Below are positions 15,481-15,612 of a DNA stretch of 15,612 nt, in pieces. The notes beneath the pieces are model-generated. The model did not search any database. It was not told the DNA's origin and worked only from the letters and a program-made list of their open reading frames with translations. The position numbers and the translations under genes are program-made. Within the stretch, counting starts at the first letter, position 1. Each line of letters starts with the position of its first letter. The stretch is from contig JBDZWC010000071.1 in assembly GCA_040256005.1 (NCBI GenBank), forward strand, positions 1 to 15,612, given 5' to 3'. The stretch comes from Deinococcaceae bacterium (lineage in GTDB: Bacteria; Deinococcota; Deinococci; Deinococcales; Trueperaceae).

Positions 15481-15612
15481 GCGTCGAACGTCGTGATCAC
15501 CGCCGACGGCAAGGTCGGCGCGGTGGCCGCGTGGCCTGCGGACGACTGGGGCATTTGGCGCGACGACACGGACGCGAAGCTCATGCTCGTGCCCGCGTTC
15601 GATGCACACGCG

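Overview
High-GC bacterial window, probably Deinococcota (Truepera/Deinococcus-like). That placement is inferred from several leaderless TAnnnT-N6/7-ATG gene starts, signal peptides ending in Ala/Gly-Gln, and the tRNA-Ala fragment; it is not proven. Left to right: (1) a Zn/Cd-type P1B ATPase running off the left edge, with a candidate SmtB/ArsR-type operator; (2) the right border (attR-like) of an element integrated in tRNA-Ala(GGC), seen as the tRNA 3' half plus phased repeats; (3) a FecBCDE-like iron-complex ABC transporter operon; (4) a divergent thiol-redox unit, with thioredoxin plus a CsoR/CstR-like repressor on one side, an Lgt-like/TlpA membrane protein on the other, and a CsoR-type operator between them; (5) a short GreA/GreB-family gene preceded by a possible leaderless leader ORF; (6) a complete clade II nitrous oxide reductase cluster, cytochrome c-nosZ-nosB/L fusion-nosD-nosF-nosY; (7) a GGDEF-like C-terminal fragment that appears joined to an unrelated opposite-strand reading frame at the right edge.
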